Assembly (NCBI GenBank): GCA_964016885.1
Contig: OZ024742.1
Coordinates: forward strand, 344,906,001-344,970,000
Reading direction: 5' to 3'
Source of the DNA: Eledone cirrhosa
Lineage: Eukaryota
Length of the DNA stretch: 64,000 nt
Shown: positions 15,001 to 28,066 of the stretch, piece by piece
How the letters are laid out: each line of letters begins with the position of its first letter
Numbering within the stretch: position 1 is the stretch's first letter
Program-made: the position numbers and the translations under genes
The notes under the pieces: model-generated
The model's input: only the letters and a program-made list of their open reading frames with translations
Database searches by the model: none
What the model was told of the DNA's origin: nothing

Positions 15001-18000
15001 AGGAAGTTAGGGAACCCTGGTATACTTGTTAATACTGTTAGTAGATTTCCAGGAAGGTAGGGAACAAAGTATACTTGTTAATACTGTTAGTAGACTTCCA
15101 GGAAGTTAGGGAACCCTGGTATACTTCTTAATACTGTTAGTAGATTTCCAGTAAGTTAGGGAACCCTGGTATACATGTTAATACTGTTAGTAGAGTTCCA
15201 AGAAGTTAGGGAACCCTGGTATACTTGTTAATTCTGTTAGTAGACTTTCAGGAAGGTAGGGAACCATGGTATACTTGTTAATACTGTTAGTAGAGTTCCA
15301 TGAAGCTAGGAAACCCTGGTAAACTTGTTAATACTGTTAGTAGATTTCCAGGAAGTTAGTGAACCCTGGTATACTTATTAATACTGTTAGTAGATTTCCA
15401 GGAAGCCAGGGAACCCTGGTATACTTGTTAATACTGTTAGTAGACTTCCAGGGAGCTAGGGAACCCTGGTATACTTGTTAATACTGTTATTAGACTTTCA
15501 GGAAGTTAGGGAGCCCTGGTATAATTGTTAATACTGTTAGTAGACTTTCAGGAAGGTAGGGAACCATGGTATACTTGTTAATACTGTTAGTAGAGTTCCA
15601 TGAAGCTAGGAAACCCTGGTAAACTTGTTAATACTGTTAGTAGATTTCCAGGAAGTTAGTGAACCCTGGTATACTTATTAATACTGTTAGTAGAATTCCA
15701 GGAATCTTGGGAACCCTGGTATACTTGTTAATATTGTTAGTAGATTTCCAGGAAGCTAGGGAACCCTTGTAAACTTTTCAATACTGTTAGTAGACTTCCA
15801 GGAAGTTAGGGAAACCTGGTATACTTGTTAATACTGTTAGTAGATCTCCAGGAAGTTGGGGAGCCCTGGTATACTTGTTAATACTGTTACTAGACTTTCA
15901 GGAAGGTAGGGAACCCTGGTATACTTGTTAATACTGTTAGTAGACTTTCAGGAAGTTAGGGACCCCTGGTATACTTGTTAATACTGTTAGTAGACTTCCA
16001 GGAAGGTAGGGAACCATGGTATACTTATTAATACTGTTAGTAGACTTTCAGGAACCTAGGGAACCCTGGTATACTTGTTAATACTGCTAGTAGACTTCCA
16101 GGAAGCTGGGGAACCCTGGTATACTTGTCAATACTGTTAGTAGACTTCCAGGAAAGTAGAGAACCCTGGTATACTTGTTAATACTGTTAGCAGACTTCCA
16201 GGAAGTTGGGCAACCATAGTATACTTGTTAATACTGTTAGTAGACTTCCAGGAAGTTGGGGAACCCTGGTATAATTGTTAATACTGTTAGTAGACTTCCG
16301 GGAATTTAGGAAACCCTGGTAAACTTGTTAATACTGTTAGTAGATTTCCAGGATGTTAGGGAACCCTGGTATACTTGTTAATACTGTTAGTAGATTTCCA
16401 GGAAGCCAGGGAACCCTGGTATACTTGTTAATACTGTTAGTAGACTTCCAGGGAGCTAGGGAACCCTGGTATACTTGTTAATACTGTTATTAGACTTTCA
16501 GGAAGTTAGGGAGCCCTGGTATAATTGTTAATACTGTTAGTAGACTTTCAGGAAGCTAGGGAACCCTGGTATACTTGTTAATAGTGTTAGTAGACTTCCA
16601 GGAAGCTGGGGAACCCTGGTATACTTGTTAATACTGTTAGTAGACTTCCAGGAAGTTAGGGAGCCCTGGTATACTTGTTAATATTGTTAGTAGACTTCCA
16701 GGAAGTTAGGGAACCATGGTATACTTGTTAATACTATTAGTAGACTTCCAGGAAGTTGGGGAACCATGGTATACTTGTTAATACTGTTAGTAGACTTCGA
16801 GGAAGTTAGGGAACCATGGTATACTTGTTAATATTGTTAGTAGACTTTCAGGAAGCTAGGGAACCCTGGTATACTTGTTAATACTGTTAGTAGACTTCCA
16901 GAAAGTTAGGGAACCCTGGTATACTTGTTAATACTGTTAGTAGATTTCCAGGAAGGTAGGGAACAAAGTATACTTGTTAATACTGTTAGTAGACTTCCAG
17001 GAAGTTAGGGAACACTGGTATACTTCTTAATACTGTTAGTAGATTTCCAGGAAGTTAGGGAACCCTGGTATACATGTTAATACTGTTAGTAGAGTTCCAA
17101 GAAGTTAGGGAACCCTGGTATACTTGTTAATTCTGTTAGTAGACTTTCAGGAAGGTAGGGAACCATGGTATACTTGTTAATACTGTTAGTAGACTTCCAT
17201 GAAGCTAGGAAACCCTGGTAAACTTGTTAATACTGTTAGTAGATTTCCAGGAAGTTGGGGAGCCCTGGTATACTTGTTAATACTGTTACTAGACTTTCAG
17301 GAAGGTAGGGAACCCTGGTATACTTGTTAATACTGTTAGTAGACTTCCAGGAAGTTAGTGAACCCTGGTATACTTATTAATACTGTTAGTAGAATTCCAG
17401 GAATCTTGGGAACCCTGGTATACTCGTTAATATTGTTAGTTGATTTCCAGGAAGCTAGGGAACCCTTGTATACTTTTCAATACTGTTAGTAGACTTCCAG
17501 GAAGTTAGGGAAACCTGGTATACTTGTTAATACTGTTAGTAGATCTCCAGGAAGTTGGGGAGCCCTGGTATACTTGTTAATACTGTTACTAGACTTTCAG
17601 GAAGGTAGGGAACCCTGGTATACTTGTTAATACTGTTAGTAGACTTTCAGGAAGTTAGGGAGCCCTGGTATACTTGTTAATACTGTTAGTAGACTTCCAG
17701 GAAGGTAGGGAAACATGGTATACTTATTAATACTGTTAGTAGACTTTCAGGAAGCTAGGGAACCCTGGTATACTTGTTAATACTGCTAGTAGACTTCCAG
17801 GAAGCTGGGGAACCCTGGTATACTTGTTAATACTGTTAGTAGACTTCCAGGAAGTTAGGGAAACCTGGTATACTTGTTAATACTGTTAGTAGAATTCCAG
17901 GAAGTTAGGGAACCATGGTATACTTGTTAATATTGTTAGTAGACTTTCAGGAAGCTAGGGAACCCTGGTATACTTGTTAATACTGTTAGTAGATCTCCAG

Positions 18001-21000
18001 GAAGTTGGGGAGCCCTGGTATACTTGTTAATACTGTTACTAGACTTTCAGGAAGGTAGGGAACCCTGGTATACTTGTTAATACTGTTAGTAGACTTTCAG
18101 GAAGTTAGGGAGCCCTGGTATACTTGTTAATACTGTTAGTAGACTTCCAGGAAGGTAGGGAACCATGGTATACTTATTAATACTGTTAGTAGACTTTCAG
18201 GAAGCTAGGGAACCCTGGTATACTTGTTAATACTGCTAGTAGACTTCCAGGAAGCTGGGGAACCCTGGTATACTTGTTAATACTGTTAGTAGACTTCCAG
18301 GAAAGTAGGGAACCCTGGTATACTTGTTAATACTGTTAGCAGACTTCCAGGAAGTTGGGGAACCATTGTATACTTGTTAATACTGTTAGTAGACTTCCAG
18401 GAAGTTGGGGAACCCTGGTATAATTGTTAATACTGTTAGTAGACTTCCGGGAAGCTAGGAAACCCTGGTAAACTTGTTAATACTGTTAGTAGATTTCCAG
18501 GATGTTAGGGAACTCTGGTAAACTTATTAATACTGTTCGTAGACTTCCAGGAAGTTAGGGAACCCTGGTATACTTGTTAATACTGTTAGTAGAATTCCAG
18601 GAATCTTGGGAACCCTGGTATACTTGTTAATACTGTTAGTAGATTTCCAGGAAGCTAGGGAACCCTGGTATACTTGTTAATACTGTTAGTAGACTTCCAG
18701 GGAGCTAGGGAACCCTGGTATACTTGTTAATACTGTTAGTAGATCTCCAGGAAGTTGGGGAGCCCTGGTATACTTGTTAATACTGTTACTAGACTTTCAG
18801 GAAGTTAGGGAGCCCTGGTATAATTGTTAATACTGTTAGTAGACTTTCAGGAAGCTAGGGAACACTGGTATACTTGTTAATAGTGTTAGTAGACTTCCAG
18901 GAAGCTGGGGAACCCTGGTATACTTGTTAATACTGTTAGTAGACTTCTAGGAAGGTAGGGAACCCTGGTATACTTGTTAATACTGTTAGTAGACTTCCAG
19001 GAAGCTAGGGAACCCTGGTATACTTGTTAATACTGTTAGTAGACTTTCAGGAATTTAGGGAACCCTGGTATACTTGTTAATACTGTTAGTAGACTTCCAG
19101 GAAGATGGGGATCCCTGGTATACTTGTTAATATTGTTAGTAGACTTCCAGGAAGTTAGGGAACCATGGTATACTTGTTAATACTATTAGTAGACTTCCAG
19201 GAAGTTGGGGAACCATGGTATACTTGTCAATACTGTTAGTAGACTTCCAGGAAGTTGGGGAACCCTGGTATACTTGTTAATACTGTTAGTAGACTTCCGG
19301 GAAGTTAGAGAGCCCTGGTATACTTGTTACTATTGTTAGTAGACTTTCAGGAAGCTAGGGAACCCTGGTATACTTGTTACTATTGTTAGAAGACTTTCAG
19401 GAAGCTAGGGAACCCTGGTATACTTGTTAATGCTGTTAGTAGACTTTCAGGAAGTTAGGGAGCCCTGGTATACTTGTTAATACTGTTAGTAGACTTCCAG
19501 GAAGGTAGGGAACCATGGTATACTTATTAATACTGTTAGTAGACTTTCAGGGAACTAGGGAACCCTGGTATACTTGTTAATACTGCTAGTAGACTTCCAG
19601 GAAGCTGGGGAACCCTGGTATACTTATTAATACTGTTAGTAGACTTCCAGGAAAGTAGGGAACCCTGGTATACTTGTTAATACTGTTAGCAGACTTCCAG
19701 GAAGTTGGGGAACCATAGTATACTTGTTAATACTGTTAGTAGACTTCCAGGCAGTTGGGGAACCCTGGTATAATTGTTAATACTGTTAGTAGACTTCCGG
19801 GAAGCTAGGAAACCCTGGTAAACTTGTTAATACTGTTAGTAGATTTCCAGGATGTTAGGGAACCCTGGTATACTTGTTAATAGTGTTAGTAGACTTCCAG
19901 GAAGCTGGGGAACCCTGGTATACTTGTTAATACTGTTAGTAGACTTCCAGGAAGGTAGGGAACCCTGGTATACTTGTTAATACTGTTAGTAGACTTCCAG
20001 GATGTTAGGGAACCCTGGTAAACTTGTTAATACTGTTCGTAGACTTCCAGGCAGTTAGGGAACCCTGGTATACTTGTTAATACTGTTAGTAGAATTCCAG
20101 GAATCTTGGGAACCCTGGTATACTTGTTAATACTGTTAGTAGATTTCCAGGAAGCTAGGGAACCCTGGTATACTTGTTAATACTGTTAGTAGACTTCCAG
20201 GGAGCTAGGGAACCCTGGTATACTTGTTAATACTGTTAGTAGATCTCCAGGAAGTTGGGGAGCCCTGGTATACTTGTTACTACTGTTACTAGACTTTCAG
20301 GAAGTTAGGGAGCCCTGGTATAATTGTTAATACTGTTAGTAGACTTTCAGGAAGCTAGGGAACCCTGGTATACTTGTTAATAGTGTTAGTAGACTTCCAG
20401 GAAGCTGGGGAACCCTGGTATACTTGTTAATACTGTTAGTAGACTTCCAGGAAGGTAGGGAACCCTGGTATACTTGTTAATACTGTTAGTAGACTTCCAG
20501 GAAGCTAGGGAACCCTGGTATACTTGTTAATACTGTTAGTAGACTTTCAGGAATTTAGGGAACCCTGGTATACTTGTTAATACTGTTAGTAGACTTCCAG
20601 GAAGATGGGGATCCCTGGTATACTTGTTAATACTGTTAGTAGACTTCCAGGAAGTTAAGGAGCCCTGGTATACTTGTTAATATTGTTAGTAGACTTCCAG
20701 GAAGTTAGGGAACCATGGTATACTTGTTAATACTATTAGTAGACTTCCAGGAAGTTGGGGAACCATGGTATACTTGTTAATACTGTTAGTAGACTTCCAG
20801 GAAGTTGGGGAACCCTGGTATACTTGTTAATACTGTTAGTAGACTTCCGGGAAGTTAGAGAGCCCTGGTATACTTGTTACTATTGTTAGTAGACTTTCAG
20901 GAAGCTAGGGAACCCTGGTATACTTGTTACTATTGTTAGTAGACTTTCAGGAAGCTAGGGAACCCTGGTATACTTGTTAATGCTGTTAGTAGACTTTCAG

Positions 21001-22365
21001 GAAGCTAGGGAACCCTAGTATATTTGTTAATACTGTTAGTAGACTTTCAGGAAGTTAGGGAATCCTGGTATACTTGTTAATACTGTTAGTAGACTTTCAG
21101 GAAGGTAGGGAACCATGTTATACTTGTTAATACTGTTAGTAGACTTCCAGGAAGTTAGGGAACCCTGGTATACTTGTTAATACTGTTAGTATACTTCCAG
21201 GAAGTTAGGGAACCCTGGTATACTTGTTAATACGGTTAGTAGACTTCCAGGAAGGTAGGTAACCCTGGTATACTTGTTAATACTCTTAGTAGACTTCCAG
21301 GAAGTTAAGGAACCCTGGTATACTTGTTAATACTGTTAGTAGACTTCCAGGAAGTTGGGGAACCATGGTATACTTGTTAATACTGTTAGTAGACTTCCAG
21401 GAAGCTAGGGAACCCTGGTATACTTGTTAATACTCTTAGTAGACTTTCAGGAAACTAGGGAACCCTGGTATACTTGTTAATACTTTTAGTAGACTTCCAG
21501 GAAGTTAGGGAACCCTGGTATACTTGTTAATACTGTTAGTAGACTTCCAGGAAGTTGGGGAACCATGATATACTTGTTAATACTGTTAGTAGACTTCCAG
21601 CAAGTCAGGGAACCATGGTATACTTGTTAATACTTGTTAGTAGACTTCCAGGAAGGTAGGGAACCATGGTATACTTGTTAATACTGTTAGTAGATTTCCA
21701 GGAAGTTAGGGAACCATGGTATACTTGTTAATACTGTTAGTAGACTTCCAGGAAGGTAGGGAACCATGGTATACTTGTTAATACTGTTAGTAGATTTCCA
21801 AGAATTCAGGGAACCCTGGTATACTTGTTAATACTGTTAGTAGACTTCCAGGAAGTTGGGGAACCATGATATACTTGTTAATACTGTTAGTAGACTTCCA
21901 GGAAGTCAGGGAACCATGGTATACTTGTTAATACTGTTAGTAGACTTCCAGGAAGGTAGGGAACCATGGTATACTTGTTAATACTGTTAGTAGACTTCCA
22001 GGAAGGTAGGGAACCATGGTATACTTGTTAATACTGTTAGTAGATTTCCAAGAATTCAGGGAACCCTGGTATACTTGTTAATACTGTTAGTAGACTTCCA
22101 GGAAGATAGGGAACCATGGTATACTTGTTAATACTGTTAGTAGACTTCCAGGAAGGTAGGGAACCCTGGTATACTTGTTAATACTGTTAGTAGATTTCTA
22201 GGAAGTTAGGGAAGCCTGGTATATTTGTTAATACTGTTAGTAGACTTCCAGGAAGCAAGGGAACCCTGGCATACTTGTTAATACTGTTAGTAGACTTCTA
22301 GGAAGTTAGGGAACCCTGGTATACTTGTTAATACTGTTAGTAGACTTCTAGGAAGTAAGGGAACC
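1..22365. repeat. 50-bp satellite array A (~447 monomers, runs off the left edge)
   Basis: Head-to-tail repeats of consensus GACTTCCAGGAAGTTAGGGAACCCTGGTATACTTGTTAATACTGTTAGTA with point variants and rare 49/51-bp monomers; ends at GGAACC 22365. Confidence 0.99.
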
Positions 22366-22964
22366 AGAACATCTGATATAATACCTCATATTAGTCGACC
22401 GAGAACATCAGAGTGAGAATTCAATTTCCACCAAAGTCAACATTGCTTTTCATCCTACTGTCAGACTAGCGCAGACCAAACACAACCCCGTCCTAGGACC
22501 AGAGCCCATCACCCACTCGCTACATCTCTACCTTTCTTCTATGACCCAACGGTCCTTATCTTTTCCCTCCCTTTCCCCTCATTTATGGCATTTATTTTGT
22601 CTACTTTCCCATATAGAAGGATCTGCCCATTTTTGTCCCTTCAGATATTTTTCTCATTTCTTAATTTTGTTTTTATCTTTCTTTTTCATATTTATTTTTC
22701 ATATCAATGGTTTTACAACCATATTTGTAAGTTTAATGTGAATAAAATTTCAGTTTTCTGGTTGATTCTTCTGTCATTTTCTCTTTCGTATTTTCTCTTT
22801 CTCTGAAAGAAATCAGTTGACTTCAGACATGGAAGTGGGGATGAGATCCACCTGCTTTAGATGACAGGGGCAAGTTGGATATCTCTATGGCACCCCTAAG
22901 ACTTCCACAAGAGTTAAGGTATAAGAATTAAAAAGATTCACATATTTTTTTTGTGTATGTTGTG

Positions 22965-23150
22965 TTGGACCTCCGTCGATCAGCGAGTGTTTCGGTTGTT
23001 CGAGCAACAGAATAGCCAGCTAGTGAACTTAACCTACATGTAAGTGTCTGAGCATACCACAGACAAGACATGTACAGTATTAACGTAGTTCCCAGGAAGA
23101 TTCAGCTTGACAGAGTGTGTATGACAAGCCTGCCTCTTTGACTTACAGAG
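22965..23150. mobile_element. Degenerate SINE-like fragment (duplicate at ~43884-44069)
   Basis: Segment GCATACCACAGACA...TTAACGTAGTTCCCAGGAAGATTCAGC..GACA..GTGTGTATGACAAG resembles an abundant cephalopod SINE as recalled; not database-verified. Confidence 0.4.
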
Positions 23151-23387
23151 TTACGGGAAATAAAATGAAATAAAATGTCTTTATTTAACGACCGTGAAGT
23201 GAATACCATAACCGTATAACCACTCACTTTACACCGTTTGTGTACTTTAAGCAGAAATTGGAGGAATTATATCGATTTGAAAAGGCTTCCACTATATATC
23301 GATCTATGTAAGTAATGAAATTTCCCAAGTGTTATGCTGATAATTACTAGGGATATTATTGTATTTTTTCCTAGCCTTATATTTTAT

Positions 23388-23527
23388 AGGGCAGCGGTGA
23401 GGCAGTATCCTTATGGCGTCCTATTAAATATATCTCGGCATTTGTTCCAGCTCACTTCCATTTGTGTTCAAACAGCGCAGGGGTTAACCTAGATCCTTCA
23501 TTCTTGCGATGTCCATAAAGTACCAGT
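23388..23527 (+). mobile_element. Degenerate tRNA-derived SINE head and body (duplicate at ~44307-44446)
   Basis: A-box-like AGGCAGTATCC, B-box-like GTTCAAAC, then CCTTCATTCTT..ATAAAGTACCAGT. Related remnants at ~22410-22457 (+), ~29250-29292 (-) and ~59328-59405 (-). Confidence 0.4.
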
Positions 23528-23558
23528 CCAAATATTGCGGCCAATCCTTTCTCTCTCC

Positions 23559-23562
<4 letters not shown>

Positions 23563-23638
<76 letters not shown>

Positions 23639-23651
23639 TCTCTCTCTCTTC

Positions 23652-23701
<50 letters not shown>

Positions 23702-23760
23702 CTCTCTCTCTCTCCCTCTCTCTCTTTCTCTCTCCCTCCCTTCTCTCTTTTCTCTGTCTC
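23563..23760. repeat. (CT)n/(GA)n microsatellite (duplicate at ~44482-44680)
   Basis: Seen directly; source of the spurious ERER/SLSL ORFs. Confidence 0.97.
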
Positions 23761-24550
23761 TATTTCTCTCGCCACTTCTCTTATCTCTCTGTTGAAGAAA
23801 TGGACTGTATTCGGACATGGGTAGGGTTAGACTCCACCATGTTTTAAAAGCCCAAGATACAGCGTGTATGAGGGCGGAGCCCCTATGACTCCATCAAGAC
23901 TTATAGAGTTAAAGACCTTTTATTTTTATAGTTTTATTCATATTAAGCCGAGCAGCTACGTATAAAATTCTTTCTCTAGCTTGTACAATATATCAGCATA
24001 TATCTGTTATATATGGTAAAACAATTATTATTTTGACGTCAGAAAAGTATATCATTAGGCTGTAAACTTAAAGATTTTAAGCTAGTAAACTGCCTATTCA
24101 TCTGGGCTTAGGTCATTCAAATTCAGCATCATCATTATTTTTATTATGTGAAGATTTAGTGATTACAATGTTTACTTTGCATTCATAAGGTTCCGAGTCC
24201 GGGCATACTTCGTAGAATCTTCAGCAAGTCTAACGAAGCTTTGTGAATGACGAAGTCACTGAATAATCATTCAAATTCAGTTTAAGCTGTAATGTTGAAT
24301 CTTCTAATATTCGAAAGAAAAAACAAAGAAATTCGCTGTATCCAACTCGTTTGACTTTGTCAATGTTAACTATCTCGGCTTCATTAAATTCACCCACCAC
24401 ACATCTTTTCACAAACTCATCGAACTAACGCTGTTTTAGGCAGTTTGGTTTAAACAATAATAGAATAATGTAATACTGGTAATATAATATAATTTAAGTA
24501 AACCGAATAATAAAAATATACATAAATATGACATATATATATAATATAAA

Positions 24551-25538
24551 TCTATATATATAAAACTGTGGTTGTCTGTCTGTCTATCGATTTTTGGCAC
24601 ACATCTCCTCTTAGAATCTCTCACGGAATTGCACCGAAATTGCTATACTTGTACATTGAGCCCTAGCGAAGACATCGGAAAAAAAAAATTTCAAATTGAC
24701 CCACCCTATGTGACGAAATCGAATATAATGTATCGATTTTTGAGCGTAAGTTATCAGTTATTTCCCTTTGTTCTGTTTACATTGAGCGTCTTACGTAAAA
24801 AATTACGCTGGCTTTAACAGTTGTCGAGCCAGCAAAATATTGACCTGCAAAATTCATCAGTTCGAACACTAAGCTTCCGTTTTGCTTCATTTCCATTTAA
24901 AAGCATTTTAAAACAATATTTTTACTTGAAAACAAGTCTATTTAAAGACTACGTAAAACAAGCAAATATTTCGTCGTTAGGCGTGCAGACAGACAGTCGT
25001 GCAGACAGACAGTCGTGCAGAGAGGTGATATACGCGTGCAGACAGACAGTCGTGCAGAGAGGTGATATAGGCGTGCAGACAGACAGTCGTGCAGAGAGGT
25101 GATATAGGCGTGCAGACAGACAGTCGTGCAGAGAGGTGATATAGGCGTGCAGACAGACAGTCGTGCAGAGAGGTGATATAGGCGTGCAGACAGACAGTCG
25201 TGCAGAGAGGTGATATAGGCGTGCAGACAGACATAACTGATAATTTGGTTACGCTAATGTTTTTCTCTGCGTTGCAGTGTTTACATTTTCGATCTTTGTT
25301 AATAAATAACCAGTGCAGTTTCTATCCCCAGCATCCTCTTTTGTTATAACATTCGGGTTATCGTTATGTTTTCTTAACTTCATAAGGCATATTGTTGGTT
25401 GAGGGAATATTAATCAAAAACACCACATGCAAGTCTGCACAGTAGACACTACAGTTTTTAAGCCAAGAAAGAAACTTAACATTGTAACTTTAACACAGCT
25501 ACTGAGCGACCCCGAGCAACGCCGGGCTTTACTGCTAG
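24551..25538 (+). mobile_element. Non-autonomous Helitron with internal minisatellite
   Basis: 5' end A|TCTATATATATAAAA followed by (GTCT)n. 3' GC-rich hairpin CCCG-AGCAACGC-CGGG, then CTAG|T. Inserted between A and T with no TSD. Confidence 0.85.
24979..25231. repeat. 37-bp minisatellite inside the Helitron (~6.5 units; duplicate ~45896-46148)
   Basis: Unit GGCGTGCAGACAGACAGTCGTGCAGAGAGGTGATATA, period 37. Confidence 0.95.
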
Positions 25539-25724
25539 TATATTATATATATATATATATATAGTATTAGTTATACTATTTATGGTTATGTAAATACAAG
25601 ACCTTAAGCAGTTGTAAGTATTTTACACACACCCTAAATAGTGGTAGGCAGTATTGTATTACTACCTTATTACCAGTAAGTTAAGTAGCTCAATGTAAAA
25701 ACATCAGATGATTTACAGAGCAGT

Positions 25725-26665
<941 letters not shown>

Positions 26666-26698
26666 ATAATATATTTATATATATATATATATACATAT

Positions 26699-26749
26699 AG
26701 TTTCAGAAGATCCCGTTAACGGTGAAAGCAGCGATTCTTTGCTTAAACT
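26699..26749 (+). ncRNA. Degenerate hammerhead-like motif (core CAGAAGA; duplicate 47616-47666)
   Basis: AGTTT-CAGAAGA-TC-CCG-TTAA-CGG-T-GAA-AGCA-GCGATTCTT-TGCT-T-AAACT: three stems in HHR order; U4 replaced by A. Confidence 0.55.
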
Positions 26750-26775
26750 TTAATCTGTTATATACATATATATAT

Positions 26776-27378
26776 AGTTTTAATATAGAAGAGCTTCTAT
26801 AGGACTAGAACTGTTTCATTCGTGAGAAATCATCAGGAAGTTGGCTGTCCAAATAAGTGGTAGTATTTATATCTTTCCTTTTCTGGTGGTAGGAGAGGGT
26901 GAGGATTGGGATGGGTGGAGGTCATTGGTTGAAGGGTTTAAAGAAAAGGGAGTTCATTAAAAGCTAATTCTTAAAAGCTATAATATTAACAAAGGCAGAA
27001 AAAATACTGTAAACAAATTCAAAATTGGAATACCAATCCTTGTTTATCACTTAGACTAACAATGGCTGTAAGACAGGTGTCTACAGGATGGGTGGGGTTC
27101 AATGGTTTAGAGAAAAGGGAAATTCTTTAGAAGGTAATTCTTTAAGGCTGAAATAAGGGTGACAAAGGCAGAAAGGGTTCCTTCAACAGATTCAAGTGTC
27201 CTACCACCAGAAAAGGAAAAATATAAATACTACCACTTATTTGGACAGCGAGCTTCCTGATGATTTCTCACGAAAGAAACAGTTCTAATCCTGTAGAGGC
27301 TCTTCTATATTAAAACTTTTATACTCTGCTATGTATTGAGTACATTACTTACTGTGGTTACCTCTGATTCAACCCGGA

Positions 27379-27380
<2 letters not shown>
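26776..27380. mobile_element. Non-coding PLE/retrozyme-like element with inverted 119-bp HHR-containing arms (26776-26894 / 27199-27317; duplicate ~47693-48297)
   Basis: Arms are near-perfect reverse complements, each carrying a CTGATGA...GAAA core. The spacer holds two diverged direct repeats (period ~177). Bounded by (TA)n. Confidence 0.7.
27250..27302 (+). ncRNA. Type I hammerhead ribozyme with canonical core (duplicate 48167-48219; mirror copy 26791-26843 on -)
   Basis: GAGCTTC-CTGATGA-TTTC-TCAC-GAAA-GAA-ACAG-TTCTAATC-CTGT-A-GAGGCTC: 7-bp stem I (one G:U), 4-bp stem II, 4-bp stem III, GUA cleavage triplet. Confidence 0.85.
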
Positions 27381-27458
<78 letters not shown>

Positions 27459-27534
27459 GTGTGTGTGTGTGTGTAAGTTTATGTACATTTACATAGATAT
27501 ATATGTATATTTATTATGTATATATACATACACA

Positions 27535-27591
<57 letters not shown>

Positions 27592-27837
27592 TTATATTCA
27601 TACATACATATATATATACATATATACAGTTTCTGAATTTGTTTAGCAAGATTCTTTATCTGAAAACGTGTGTTGAAACCGATATTGTTATACTTTGGGA
27701 GGGTCATGTTGCCAATAAGAAACACACGCACCAGTTGCTTTCACTTCAATTTATTATAAATTAAATTTATAAATTTAGCAATTTATAAATTTCCGGTTGG
27801 TTAGTTGGTTCCACAACCAGACGATTGTTCATATATT

Positions 27838-27880
27838 GTCAAAGTTCTTTCGTCACACATTCTGTGACCTCTTCAGTGAC
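27838..27880 (-). ncRNA. Minimal hammerhead motif 3' of the Myb/GIY-YIG ORF (duplicate 48755-48797)
   Basis: Minus strand GTCA-CTGAAGA-G-GTCACA-GAATG-TGTGAC-GAAA-GAACTT-TGAC: stem I GTCA/TGAC, 6-bp stem II, very short stem III. Confidence 0.75.
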
Positions 27881-28066
27881 TGGGATTCTTTTCTTTGTTT
27901 TTGTGCCTCTCTTTGTTCTGTCCTACGCCATCTTGTTTTTGTGTGTGTTGTGTGCTTAGTTTGCGCATGTGTTACATCCGGGTGTCTGTGTGTGTTTATA
28001 TTTGTTAATTTATTTGTTTATTTACATGTTACTGGTTGGTTGTGTGTGTGTGTTTTCATTTTTTCC

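Noticed and set aside
1-22365. CRISPR-like array (constant part plus variable part)
   Set aside because: Variable positions are point variants of one consensus, not unique spacers; no cas genes; eukaryotic TE context.
1-22365. Coding tandem repeat
   Set aside because: 50 is not a multiple of 3, TAA/TAG codons are frequent on both strands, and the ORF track shows nothing here.
23452-23847. ERER/SLSL, IYIY, HTHT and CVCV ORFs here and elsewhere
   Set aside because: Translations of dinucleotide microsatellites.
24205-24228. Minus-strand CTGAAGA followed by a small hairpin
   Set aside because: No GAAA or stem III/stem I closure follows.
27657-27685. Possible HHR CTGAAAA...GAAACCG
   Set aside because: Core mismatch, only 3-bp stems and no NUH/stem III; too degenerate.
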